The translations under genes were made by a program, and so were the position numbers. DNA of 64,000 nt from Blasia pusilla (lineage: Eukaryota), in NCBI GenBank assembly GCA_050084515.1, contig CM114271.1, positions 30,938,001 to 31,002,000 of the forward strand. Direction: 5' to 3'. Numbering within the stretch: position 1 is the first letter of the stretch; every line of letters begins with the position of its first letter. Positions 1 through 12,899 of this stretch are shown one piece after another. The notes under the pieces were generated by a model, which searched no databases, was not told the DNA's origin, and saw only the letters and a list, made by a program, of their open reading frames with translations.

Positions 1-2505
1 ACATGTCGATAGCGCGCTGATCCAGCTCGAAGTGCAAGGCACATTCAAACCTGAGAAGACCGAAGGTCTGGTGTGCGTTGGCATTCCTGCGACGTTGCTG
101 AAAGTAGGAAAGCCGGAAGAGAAGGCGAGAAAATTCCGCAGCTTGAAGTGGAAATGGGGCCCAAATATTGCGCGTAGCGTCAGCCGAATACTAGTGCATG
201 TCGTTCCTACCCCTCGCACCGAGAACTCACATTTTACACACGAAAGACAAGCACAACAAAGAACAAGAACGAAACACCACTACCTGCGCGAAAAAAAGGT
301 AGGATTCAAAAGGGCGAGGTGGTGCCCAACCTTCATTATTACTCCTTATGACACACTCCTCTCACGGAGCACTCCACGCACGCTCCTACGCCACGGCCCT
401 CCCTATCTCGTAAGTTTATGCCACACCACATCCCTAGATGAAGAGCCAACTGGGGAGTCAATCTAGCGACTCTACTATTTCCACGAGTGCTCGACGATAG
501 TTTCCTTGCCCTGCCCACTCTGTGTCCGATTATGCGATGTGTGGTCACCACGCTTAATTGTGAAGTTTAAGGGCTATAGTAGGGGCCGTGATTAATTAGA
601 AAGGAAATCTAAATTTGAAATATAAAAAATTAAGCACAACCTGTGAGAAATAAGGTACACTTTTTGAGAGCTATATCCTTGATATTTTCTCATCCTATGA
701 AATATTTCTTAATTTAAATTTTTGGATTATAATAAATATTTTGCATAGAGATAAACTGGAGTAGAATTAAATTTTCCAAATAAAAATAATTTCTCTATTT
801 TTTCTGAATAAAAAAAATTCATACCGATGGGAAAAAAGAATTAAACTGAGGGAAGCAAGGAAGAAATGAAAGGATATTGGGGATTTTTTTATATGGAATT
901 AAAATCTATCCCCTATTTTTATTTATTCTCTCTTTCACTTATTAATACTTATACATATAGAAAAATAAGTCTTAATGAAAGGCTTTAGACATGGTATGTA
1001 AAGAGAGCTTTGAGAGAAAAGGGGAAATAAACTTGATAATTTAGACTTGTAATTTTTTGATTGTGCGATGGATTTTGGGTCAAGGATGAGGGAAACCTCT
1101 CTAACCCTTTGGAGAGGTCCATCCATGATTCCATTTTAGTCTCTTTGAAAAGAAGAAGGGATTCCATCCAATTTTGCATTCCCCTATTTATGTCCTTCTT
1201 TGTTGGGATCGAGGGTTGTCTCGTCTTTAGACAAAAGAGGATCCCTCCATTTTCCTTAATGCCCTTCCTTGTCCCATCCACCTTATTTTTATTTTCTAAT
1301 CTCTTCATCCCTTTATTATGTGAAGGATTCTTTGAAAATTTATCCTTTTCTCTCTTCTCCTTACATGTTAAAATTCAAATATTTAAAAAATTAATAAAAT
1401 CTCCTCTCTCTCTCCGTTTGTATTTCCTTCCCATATTAAAAATTAAATGTTCGATTCTTTCTCTACTTTTCTTTTTCAAATTCATCCTTATGTTTTTCTT
1501 CCACTCGTACAATCTATCTTCTATATTATCAAGGGAGTACTCTTTCTTGGCTTGTAAATACCTATGCACTCAACATATGACAACGAGACAATATTTTTTT
1601 TTGAATTTGAAGATATCATGATTATTTGGACTATACACTAGTTCAAGTTATTTTGCATTCCTTAATCTAATGAAAATCCAAAAGTGCTTCAGAATTTCTC
1701 ATAAAATGTCTCATATTCTTGCAAAAATGAAATAGAAGTTTAAAAAGCTAAAAAGTAGCCCCAAGACTTAAGTCCATGGATTTATTTTAATCACTTGAAA
1801 TAAACCATTCCAATTATATGATAATGTATACTGATCTATATTATCCTTGGAGAATGCCTTCCTGAAAGTATGTTTGACAACCCGGGCGAGACAAAATGTC
1901 TCCCACGTAACGGCAGCAAAATATTTTTTGGAACTTGTGTGTAAGTACTTACTCCCTTCACTCAGTGTTGCAGTCTAGTTTAAGGGGACAGCGGACTACT
2001 TAAAGTGGATAGTGGACGGGGTTGCAGACTAGTTTAAAGATAGAGTTTTGTTAAACTTGTACTCTCAAAAATACTTTTTATCACGGTAATTGGGGTTTAG
2101 AGAGATTGGTAAGACCGTGAATGATTAAGTAATTACTAGTGGGTGTAATTTAAGAATCGAGCATGGTTAACGCAAAACCCTAAATTATCCAAGTTTTCGG
2201 ACACAGTCGGAAAGAAGGAGCAGTTTCTGTTATCCGTCGGGTAATCGCTGTTGCCCTAACTACGAAGGAAGGGTAACAGCAGCATCTTGAGCACTCCGCA
2301 ATGCTCAAGAATTACAAGTAGTCGCAGCACAAGAGCGGAGAGGGAGGGGGTGGTTGGAGCGAAGCGGGATCGAACGCGAGGTTGTCTCAATTGATCGCAA
2401 CAGAGAGAGAGAGAGAGAGTTAGTTCTCGACGCGGGGCCGCGATCGGTGTTGGGACGTTGAGAGACAGGATAGAGAGCTGCTGACGCATCTGCAAGCGGG
2501 GCAGG

Positions 2506-3668
2506 ATGCTGTCCGCATTGCGATCATCTGCTTCTGCTGTGCGCACCGCGTTGCTGCAACATTGCCGAGTGAGTGTCGCGGCCACGAGTTACAGGAGATC
2601 CCCTGTCAACGGCCGAATCGGGTTTGCCAGCGACGCCAGTGAGCAGGCTCATGGGACGTACTTGGACAAATCCCTGGTGACAGACCGAGTCCTCAGTTTA
2701 GTGAAGAAAATGGAGAAGGTCGATCCCTCGAAGGTGCGTTTGTTCTCTACTGCTCGTTGCGATTCGTTTGCGTTTGACAAAATTCGAATCAGAGCTCGTG
2801 TTTACACGCCATCTGAATGTGCTGGATTTGCAATGATTTTGAGGTTTAGGGGTTCTCTTCATCTGGAGAAGCTCAATCCTATTGTTATCTTGGGGGCCAC
2901 CAGCTAGAAGTAAGGAAAATTTATCGGCGGCGTCTTTTGTAGCAATTGTAATTTGTAAGGAGACTTATATTTGTCGAGATTCAAGAAACAGATTCAAACC
3001 CTTCAAAAGCAAAAGAATAATGACGAATCCGTCGTGTTTGTTTTGGATGTCATCATCTTCGGGAAGCTTTTATGAAATTGGGATATTGAGGCATAGAAAA
3101 CTGATGGTGCTTTCATCTGTTCCATATCTACTGTGCAATGATATATGATTGCCTGGTGAAATAGAAATCGATGGTGCGTTTCCGAGTTCTGGTTACGAAT
3201 TGGGGCCCGGATTTGTCTTCTCTCTGCGTAGTATACTGAATGCAAATGTTGGTGAAGAGAGGCGTATGACGGATAGTTCTCGAGACAAAGTAGAATCTTA
3301 TCTGCAGGGTTCCTGTGGCAGGAAGTCAATTGAGCTAGTTCTTGTGCTCTCATTGCTGTATTTAAGATTGAAATTCTGAACGGCACGGTGAGATGTGGTG
3401 AGCGGGAATATTTAAGGTCAGACTACTTGTAATGAATATTGTGTGCGGTGAACGAGTGGGGCTAATTGCTGGGACCCGTGGTTGTTAGCAGGTAAACCCA
3501 AAGTCTCACTTTCAAAACGATCTCGGGCTTGACAGTCTAGACACCGTAGAGATTGTGATGGCATTTGAGGAGGAATTCCACATCGAAATACCTGATGCTG
3601 AAGCAGACAAGATTTTTTCATGTCACGATGCAATTGAGTATATTGCTTCGCAGCCAAGAGCTAAGTAG
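2506..3668 (+). CDS. mtACP: Mitochondrial acyl carrier protein; 2 exons (2506-2733, 3492-3668)
   Basis: Exon 1 encodes an Arg/Ser/Ala-rich presequence and ...[24 protein letters not shown] intron spans 2734-3491. Exon 2 reads [41 protein letters not shown]...AK*, containing the DSL phosphopantetheine attachment motif. Confidence 0.95.
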
Positions 3669-5365
3669 ATCCCAGTGTATTTGACAAAAAGATTATGTCA
3701 TCCAACATCAATAATACTTGTGAACATTTCGAATATCCATTCCAGTATTTACTGGCGATATGTTTAGAGATAGTTTTGACACCTTTCACAAAGAATTGTT
3801 CCCTTGAGCAGGGTGTATTGAAGTTTGACGTTTGACTCTAAAATCAATGGCTGAGTGTGTGTAGCTTGTCTTTCCAAGGTATTGGCAGCAGTCACATTTC
3901 ATGGGTCGTGGTCTTTCTGGTTGGTCTCAAAGTTGCAGGCTCCTCAGAGGGTTTTCCAGGTTGGCCAGAACAATCTTGTTCTTCTACCAACGTATCAAAC
4001 CAGACTTTCGATGCTGTTGATTGACAATATGTCTTATGACAAGCCAAGCATTGAGTCCAATTCATGCAAGCTGCTGTCTGTTTGGGCCGACCAACATTTT
4101 GCATTGGAAATTGGAAGGGCATGGTGACAATGAGTAGTACACTTTGTTCCAAATGTTAACTCCAAGTGACTCTCACTTTCATATACGGAAAATATTTTCC
4201 CACAAGAAAAAATTCTACTCCGGGAGTAAATCAGAGCTCTATCCGCAACAGAGCAGTTAACCTGCACATGAGCTGGGTCTCGTGGGCTCCGAAGTGGTCC
4301 CTCATGCTTGTACTTGCTTCACCTGCATCCGAGAGTTCGTCCTCTTGCTATCTTTTCATTCTTTGGTTGATGCTGTTGTTAGGGTGATTGAGTTTTTTCC
4401 TCCACACCTAACTAGATGCAATATACCAGCCATGAAAGCTACTCCCAAAGTCTGATTTTGTTGCTCTGATAGTTACATATGACATTCCTGTACATCGGAG
4501 ATGCTCCAATCTGGGCTGTTTTTATTTAACGATAATGACTAGCCGTTCTTGGATCGGTCTATGTAAAGTCTCATCTACGTTAATGTAAGGTCTCTCTACC
4601 ATTGACTGGTATTCTCATATGCCGTGTCGGACCTTCCTTTTACATGTGGATAATTTATATTGTGATTAAACGCCACACACTGACTTCATCAGTCTCTCGT
4701 CTATGTAAAAGCAAGGTCCCAAACGGCCGGATGCATTGTTTCCTACAAGAGCCACTCTCTCTGCGTCGATCCTGCCTCTGCTGTCTGGTGGCAGCTAAAG
4801 TTCCGTGACAAACTTAGTCTATGGCTATAATCAAAAAAGTCTGAGAACGAGCGCACATCAATTTTACTGGCGACTAGCGCGCTTAGCAGTGACAGTCAAG
4901 TTGGGCGTACGCGATGCCGGGGGTGATGAGCTCGCCAACCAACATCCCTCAAGTCTCGAGGGAGGGCCGCTTGTTAGCAGGGGTGGAGGGAGGCATGACG
5001 ACCACTCGTGACGATGTAGAATCCTTTCGAACTGACATACGCACAGGTCAGTGACTCTTAGTGACCACTTCGTCCTTGAGAAGGTGCAGCTTAGATACAG
5101 TGCAGCAGTCTGAGCTGCGAATAAATGAGTCAAACATCGTCGGCAGGAAACCGGACAAATGTTCCGCACACGATGCGACTCGAATTCGTCAGTTTGAGGC
5201 ATGACGCAATTCCGTATCGGTCGCCGAGAAGCGTGTGAGCTCGGGCGAAGTCTTTGACTGATCCGAAACCACCCCACGCCGTGACCCGGATTATTTCTTG
5301 GCTTATCGTGGAGATCCCACAGTCGATGTCACTATACCATAGGAAAGGCCACCATCACAATCTCG

Positions 5366-8300
5366 TCAAGGAGTAGATTCTACCGACTGTGAGAAGTAAT
5401 GGGACTGGCTATGAAGAAGTTCGAGCTGTCGTAAAATCTTCCCCGCGATTTGTCTGGCCTTTGGGGTCCCTCTTTGGGCAACAGTTATGATGTGCATCTG
5501 CAACATACCTCCGTATTGTTTTTTGTACTCTACCACCCGAAAAATCCTTTCAGTCAGAGTGGCAGCCATTTCTTGAGCAGTCGGAGATCCATCACTGAGG
5601 ACGTTGATGAGGCTTGGAACCCCCTTACATCTGACGAGCAGATGAACCCCGGGCTCGCTGGATGCCAGTTCGTCGTCCACCAAAGTGAGAACAGCTCGAA
5701 TGGCTGCTTCGGCGGCTTTGGGCTCTCCCTGTTTCATCACGGCCAAAAGATTACCCATGGCGTTCGCTTCCTTCAAACAGAAAGTGGTTTCGGTTTCACA
5801 CACACCCTTATGGATGGCGCATGTCTGGACTTGAGGAGAGAGGCAGCTCCAGCAAATGCGAGGAGTCACACGGACGGACAAACGGCAGCTGCTCTGAGAA
5901 AAGTTATCCAGAGCCGTTGCAGCCCTCTCTTGAGTCAAGGTCCGTGGAGACTCTAACAACGAGACGAATCTCTGAATTGCTCCCCGCCCTGCCAGATTCA
6001 GCTGCAGATCCTTGTGACGCGGTAACGTGAACCGCAAAAGGGCACCGGCAGCCTCTTCTTGCATGACGTCTCTTCTGCTACTCAAATGCTTCACTAAAAA
6101 GGGCATACATTCCGCCTGTACTAGTGCAGTTGTGACAAAGGAGTCCTCTATGGGTAGATGCGCTAAGATCGCGACGGCCGCAACCTGATCAGCCTCCGAT
6201 TTACCCTCGTTCCCTAGAAATTCCACGATGCTCGCAAAGTTCTCGCTGTGCTCCTTCAGAGCGGCAAGAGCCTCCTCTCCAGCAATGCTGGACAGACAGG
6301 CAAAGATTTGAACAGCATATCTTCTAACCTCGGCATCCATTCCTGGCTTCAGGTGTGGAAGTAGCAGAGACAATGCATCCCGTTCCTTCATCAATTTTGT
6401 GGCCCTGTTTCCCGTGTCTGAACCCTTGGCTAGGCCGAGAAGTCCACGCATCAGATGCGATTGCACTCCGGGAGGACAGAAGAGCGAAGTAAACGCGCAC
6501 ACTAACGCATCGACTTGTTCATCCTTGTCTTCGGGCGGTTCCCATTCGTCAGCCAAGCAAGTCATGACATTTGCCATTACGCACGCGGCTACGATTCTGA
6601 CTGCCATTGTCGTCTTCGGCGCATTCAACAGTGGAACGAAAGTCTGCACTCAAATACAATATGAGCGAAATTCATCAGAATATGGTCGCCCCGAAAAGGA
6701 CTCGTTGTCTCTTCGTTGAACTTGACGTATCTACGGAGAGAAGCGCTTTGAGAAGTTTGCTGGTAGTGTGAGAGCACTTGCGAGGAAACTCGAAGTGCAT
6801 TCTGTACCTCTAATGGATTCGGTTTGGCCTGTGCCAACATCACGCATACACGGCGAACAGTCGTCAAGTTGTTCAATGCCTCCAACGCAGATAGTTTCTC
6901 ATCCTCGTCACCTGATCGAGCCATGCAAAGTAGAATCGAGATGGATTCCTCCGTTGCAGCCTGTATCTTGCTCGTCTCAGGCATCTGTAACTGTCCCAAG
7001 GTTTTGGCCATATTAATTTTTGAAGTCCGACTTCCTACAGGACCAAACATCGAGAGAGTCATCCATCGAACACTTCAGATTAAAACCACCATTGAGACGA
7101 GATAACTCATAACCCAGTGGGGTGACAAGCTTACAACCAGTAATGGACAATTCCATCGGCCATGACCTACAGCTCGACGTTCAGAAGATTGACGTTTGTC
7201 AATGAAAGTGGGCTTTGCTGATATCGAATAACGAAAAGAGACGAGTGAAAGTGGGAACTCTCGGCCAAAACCATCAAGTCCAGACCGGAGGGGACAACTA
7301 GAACTATGAATGTACTTCTGCGCCATCGCTTTATATTTTGTCCTACCATACAGTTTCCTGTCCTGTAACATGACGACAAGCACCCAAGTAGGGTTCGTAA
7401 GTGAAAGGAGGATAAGCAATTTTCGTACCTTGGGTGAGCCGATTCACCAAAGGGTTCATAAAGTTGGCCTCTGCCATGATTACGATATTTTCGTCACTGC
7501 TCGGAAGGTTTTGTAGAATCTTCTTTACATTGGCTGCCATGTCCCCGTGCTCACTGCCGAGTAGAGTGACCAAAAGAAGCACAGCTCCGTGTGAATGGCT
7601 AATCTTTTCTGCCAAATTTTCCTTTGAAGAAAGCAACAGCAACAGTAGGACAGCCTGTTCTGATTCCCCATAGCTTCGTGCTAGACAGCGTACTAATATC
7701 TCGATTATACCTTCTTTCACCATGATCTCCTGAAAACACAATGACGACAGAGTTGGATGAATTCAATCCTCCACAGAAATCTCACTTCCGTGGACATTGG
7801 CCATAGGGACCTTCTTCTACTGAAAGGAAGTTTCCGCTCGAAAACTACGTCGACCTTGTCCAGGGCAGGAGAGAGGTTCAGCGCTTTTAACGAGCACATC
7901 TGCGGAAGACGTGTGAGGATTTCTCGACACCCAAATTCCACATAGAGTTCCGTGATACGGGTACGCTGTAGATGCCCCACGACTAGGAAATTTTCTCATC
8001 CGGCAGAATCTGAAAGTTCGCACTCTCGACTTCCAGCAATTGACTGTCAAGCGTCGTAGAGTGCTAAGTAGAGATCTCGGAAGTTTCTCCAATCAAGCTG
8101 ATATTCCGATCATATTGCGAAAGTAGGTACAGTTCTATGGACGGCTGCACGACTGCGAAAAAAGAAATTACCTGATTTTCGTCATTATCCTCAGCAAGTA
8201 TGAGTAGCGCTGCCAACGTCTTAGAGCGAAGATGAATACTTTTGATCTCAGCCAAACGGACGAGCGGTATGAGTAGTCCTTTCGAGGCGATGCAATACTT

Positions 8301-9833
8301 GTTCATATTTTCCTCTTCGCAAATTCCCTGCAACTCTTGAACGGCCTTCTCCTGATCATCTATGAGACCGGATTTGAGATTCTCCTCTGCGATCTGTATT
8401 CGTATATCATAGTTCCTCTCTCGCCACTCAGCAATAGACTGTCGGAGGGCAATGTTAGACTTCATCTTGGTGTTCTTGAGCTCCACTCCCATCGGACAGC
8501 GAGTATAACCCTCTACGAACCAACGCTCAATAGCTTCCCTTTCATACGTTTGCCCGGAGGCGATCTGTACGGGGTCTCTCATTACATCTTGAGTGATAGG
8601 ACAGATGAACGACTGAAGAGGAGAGAAAGGGATACTTCTCATGGTCAATTTCCTAACCAGAGGAGCTGGTGATTCACCTAGTTTCATCACAGGCTTGCTT
8701 TTGACCGCAACGCCCTACACAATTACATTCGACACGAGCTAAGATGTTGGAATGAGTAGGAAAATCCAGATATATCACAGCGGTGACAGATGTAGTCAAA
8801 ATGGTACTTGTTCTTCGCTGCATGAGGATGAAAGGATACAGATACAGAATCAGAATTTTTTCTCCAAAAAGATCATGGGAAGAATTACTACCTTTTCCAG
8901 CAGGGTCACAAACTGTTCCAAGTAGAGAGCTTGCGCCTTCTCCTTGGCGTTCTCCACACGCTCTTGATCAGTTTTCAGCCGTTTCAGTTCCTTGACAAAT
9001 TGATCACTGTCTACTGTCAGCTCGAAACTTTCAGCAATCTGCTGCACAAGTTTACTGCTTCTTGCCGAGTCAGCTACCACAGAGTCGAGCATCTCAGGTT
9101 CCAAAGAATCGAGGATAGAGTGCTGCTTTGCGTCCAATTTAGGTCCCACTTTTTCGAATGCTTCCTTCACATGCGTCATGCGCAACTTCATCCCAACGTT
9201 CCCGGAGTTGTGCAGCACTGCATTCAAGGCCTCACTGATGTGTTTGCTGGAAGTCTGCGACAGGCTGAAGAACTTCAGAAACCAACAAGGACAAAATAGT
9301 CGCAGTGTGTGAATGTGCGACTTCCAATCGACGTACCACGATGTGATGATTAGAATTGCAACAAACATCAACTCCGATTTTCTTCAGACAAAAAATCGTC
9401 GAGGTCCTTCAACTGTGGCAGATAATACGTAGGTTGTCAACCTTCTCAAAAGAAGAAAAACTATCGCTCTAGTCATTGAAGAGGCCAGACTTCGTTCGTC
9501 ACGCACCTGGATTTGCTTCGAAATTTGCGGGCAGCTGCCTAACAAGTAGAGGTTGCATTTGTCAGCGTGGCTATCCAGAAAGTTCTCCATGATCGCTACC
9601 TCCTCCTCAAGCTTTCCATTCTCTAGTTTCACGTAGTTGGCAAATCGCACCTCCGCATCTCTCTGCATCTCTTTCAAAAGAAAAGCTAGTGAATCCAACC
9701 GGCTGGCGAAGTGAGTAAGCAGAGTGTGAGCCAAATTCTGCTTTTCGGTGCTCACATTCCTCGTGGTTAGTGCCAACATGGCCACTCGTTGGCTCATAGT
9801 TCCCACCCACCCGACTTCCGGTTTTGCCTCCAT
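5366..9833 (-). CDS. Plant U-box/ARM-repeat E3 ubiquitin ligase (PUB43/PUB44-SAUL1-like), ~1012 aa; exons 9833-9507, 9254-8892, 8714-8172, 7729-7429, 7034-6808, 6643-5366
   Basis: U-box motif FICPITQDVMRDPVQIASGQTYEREAIERWF...CP, followed by ARM repeats and the C-terminal C-x2-H-x-G-x-C...FCL segment typical of this PUB class. All five introns are GT..AG and splice in frame. The start codon choice is inferred. Confidence 0.9.
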
Positions 9834-12800
9834 ACCTGTATCTAAAACCAACTGAACTATCGTTTGAAAACGCTGCCGAGCTTACGAGAAGTCCTTCCTC
9901 CGACAAAGACTTCCTGTTTCTGAACTAATCTGATCTGAAGCAGATGAATTCCAGCCCTCCACCTCCGACGTTGCCAAGCTACTCCAACCAGCGGCTTGTT
10001 CTGTGACATGCATGATCCCTCTAAACGGAAATTGGTAATTTCCTCGTGACAGAGGATATGCCTTCCATTCTTGGAAAATGGCATGACATTGCGTGACAAA
10101 CCGCAAGAAGAAACAAACGTCAGTAGCCGATGGAACGAGTAGCGTGACCGCCACCACCGAGTTGGCCGAATTCGTTGAAGATGTTTCTGCTAAACTCACT
10201 TGCAACGATTCTCGGTTAATACTACGAAGGCCAGTACTGCCTAGTGATATGGGTCATCAAAGATCTGCAATTCTGGGAAGAGTCGCAAGTTTCGGTGAGG
10301 TGAAATGGACTTCTCCACTAGATCTCAGAGCGCAACGCTTAATTCTTCGGCAAATCCTCCGTCACGGCATCAGCCATCAGCAGGCTGATGGCTGGTCGCT
10401 GCCTTTGTCACCAACGACGCGGTCACCAATCCAGTCTCCACACGTGTTTCCATCGATTAGCATACTCCGCACGTTTATAGAGATCAGCCGAAGTTGGCAA
10501 AGCGAAGAACTAAGTTTCCCGATTGAGGCAAAGACGCAGCAGTGCTCTCCGTCGACGACGAATCAAGAAATCGATCGTACAGTTCTCATACAAATGTGGA
10601 GCACCATTCCCAATTATCTATTCTACTACTGTTCAACGAACAAACTACTCAATAGTCTCACTTGACAATGCCGAGCCACGCATTCCGGTATGCCAATCCT
10701 TACGATACAGACATGTCCTCGGAACAAACCTGTGCTTTCATACTTCACCCCTTCAGTAATCATTTGGCGCACCCTCTCTATCTAATCTCTCGCTTCTCCA
10801 GGAAATACAAAGCCGGCGATGTACCAAACATGACAGTAACGAGTCCCCAAAACTGTGCATCTGAGCCCAGAATCCTTTGCCTTTTTAGCTCGAATGTTGA
10901 GAATGTCAGGAAACTCGGGAATTGTCTCATTCTAGTGACGCAAATTTCGAATGTGATCAAATGCATGAGACGTTGGCAGGGCCTGTCTATCCACTCATCC
11001 ACCCTGGAGCTAAGGACCGGCTTTCGTCTCCTGAGGCAGCTCGGCTCCTCTGTCGCAGCAACTTACGATGTAAAGATAGTCCGGACTTATGATCAAACAG
11101 TTGTTCTATCAGGACGCGCGCATCTACCAATCTGCAACTTATCTGGTGCGGAATCTAATCCCTTTTCAGATACCCGCTCGACGTTCCATGATTTAGAAAT
11201 TGTCGCCGTCTGCTCCGTGCAGAAGTAGCGGCGCCTCCGAGGATCGAATCGAAAGAAAAGTCGAGGCCTCCTTCCAAAGACGGAGGTGGCAAGCGAAAAA
11301 CGTGCATCCGGCTGAGCTACGAGCTCCCCACGGCGAATCGGTTGAAGGAGCCCGCGGGCAACAAGGAATGCACAATGAGTAAGTATTCCATCAAGCGCTG
11401 CGGCTACTCCCCATGCGGACGACTCTCTCGTCCGCATGGTCTCACCGGCGCAACTCACCGCCCGAGGAACGCGGACGGACCCCACTCAGCGCCCCGCCGA
11501 CGACCCAGATCCCGCCTGGGAGCGGAGTGGCGCAGCTCTCGGGTTGGCAGCGGGGCGCGACGAGACGAGTCACGGTCCCACGGACGCGAAGGGGAGCCTC
11601 GCCTGCGGACTTCCCGGTCTTTGCGATCTCAGCCGTACATTCTCCATAGTACACATCCCGCCGTCCAGTCCAACGCCGAAAGTTGGGCGGGCGTTGCAAT
11701 TGACTTTAATTCCCAGTTCGTAGGCTCTCTCGGGAATCCGATGGCTGGAGTCTACCCAGTTCCCGTCTGACACAGTGCCACGTAGAAGCGCTAGTTTGAC
11801 TTCGGTACCTAATCGCCGTGAGTTCAGTCGGTGAAACGGGTTCATGGGCCGACGACACCTGGCCAAGTGAAACACATTTTGTGTTTGCAATCGAAAGCCT
11901 CTCCCGGTCCCATGCGAATTACAAGGGACTCGGAAGAGTGGTGAACACCCGGCAAGTGCTAGGGGCAAAGTTCGAAGGGGAGTCCCTTCCGATCACTTCA
12001 CCTACAACATAAAAGAAACTATATCGTTTACACCTAGACTAGAAAACATATCACTATCCATGAGGGTTTCTAGTAGTGATCCAACCTCACAAGATCATGG
12101 TTTACTACTTTTCTTAGCTTCCTCTTGAAGCTTTCTTGACCTTGAGCTTTGCAAGAGGAAGACTTAGTTGGAATCCCAAAGACTCAATGAGTTGTTGATT
12201 CCATAGGTAGTCGAAAAGACGCCAAGCCCTAATTGGGTCGAGTCTTTCCAAGTGTGTAGCGTCTCCCTAGGAAGTTTCTTCCATGAGCCTTGACCAATGT
12301 CCCCAAGTTACTTGCCTAAACCAGAGCGCATCAGTTAATTCCTCAAGCTAAGTCCCTTAGCTCAAACCTGAAACACGACCAAACACGCATCACGGTTAGT
12401 TCCTCCTTCAAGGGCTTGAGCGGGTAGAAAGACAGGGACCCCCCCCTCCTCTAAAGGTACTTCTAGGGTTTTCCAGGGGAACCCCACCTTTCCCATTGTC
12501 CCCCTCACGCCCTTGATTTTGGCCATCAACCCCAACGTGATTTGCGACCTATGGACCAAAGTTTGACTAGTTGTCCATCAAGATGGCATGGTGTAGGTTT
12601 CTTGCAGCTTATGCACCTCTCAACTTCCCAAACGCATCTTGGAGCTCCGACCAGCGTATTAAATGTCTCATGGCTAGTGCCCATGGAGTAGCGACGCCCT
12701 TTTCTCACCTAAGGCTAGTCACAAGACACTTGCACATCTTGCCTAGCGTCAGTCTTGCGGCCGGTTCTGCCGCCCTTCCTAGTCTAGGTTGCAACTTTGG

Positions 12801-12899
12801 TGGGTTACACCAAGGTCTTTCCTTCTTGGACCCGCGATCATGACTGGCTTCCTAGTTCCCTTGCTAGTGTGGACGCCATAGAATTTGCTATTCGCGACG

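Noticed and set aside
7075-7419. Extra exon of the U-box gene using acceptors near 7360
   Set aside because: Both candidate acceptors lead to in-frame stops. The acceptor at 7034 gives a continuous frame.
10093-12012. Overlapping 130-190 aa ORFs upstream of the U-box gene
   Set aside because: No recognisable domains or consistent splice structure. Probably GC-rich promoter/UTR or TE-derived sequence.
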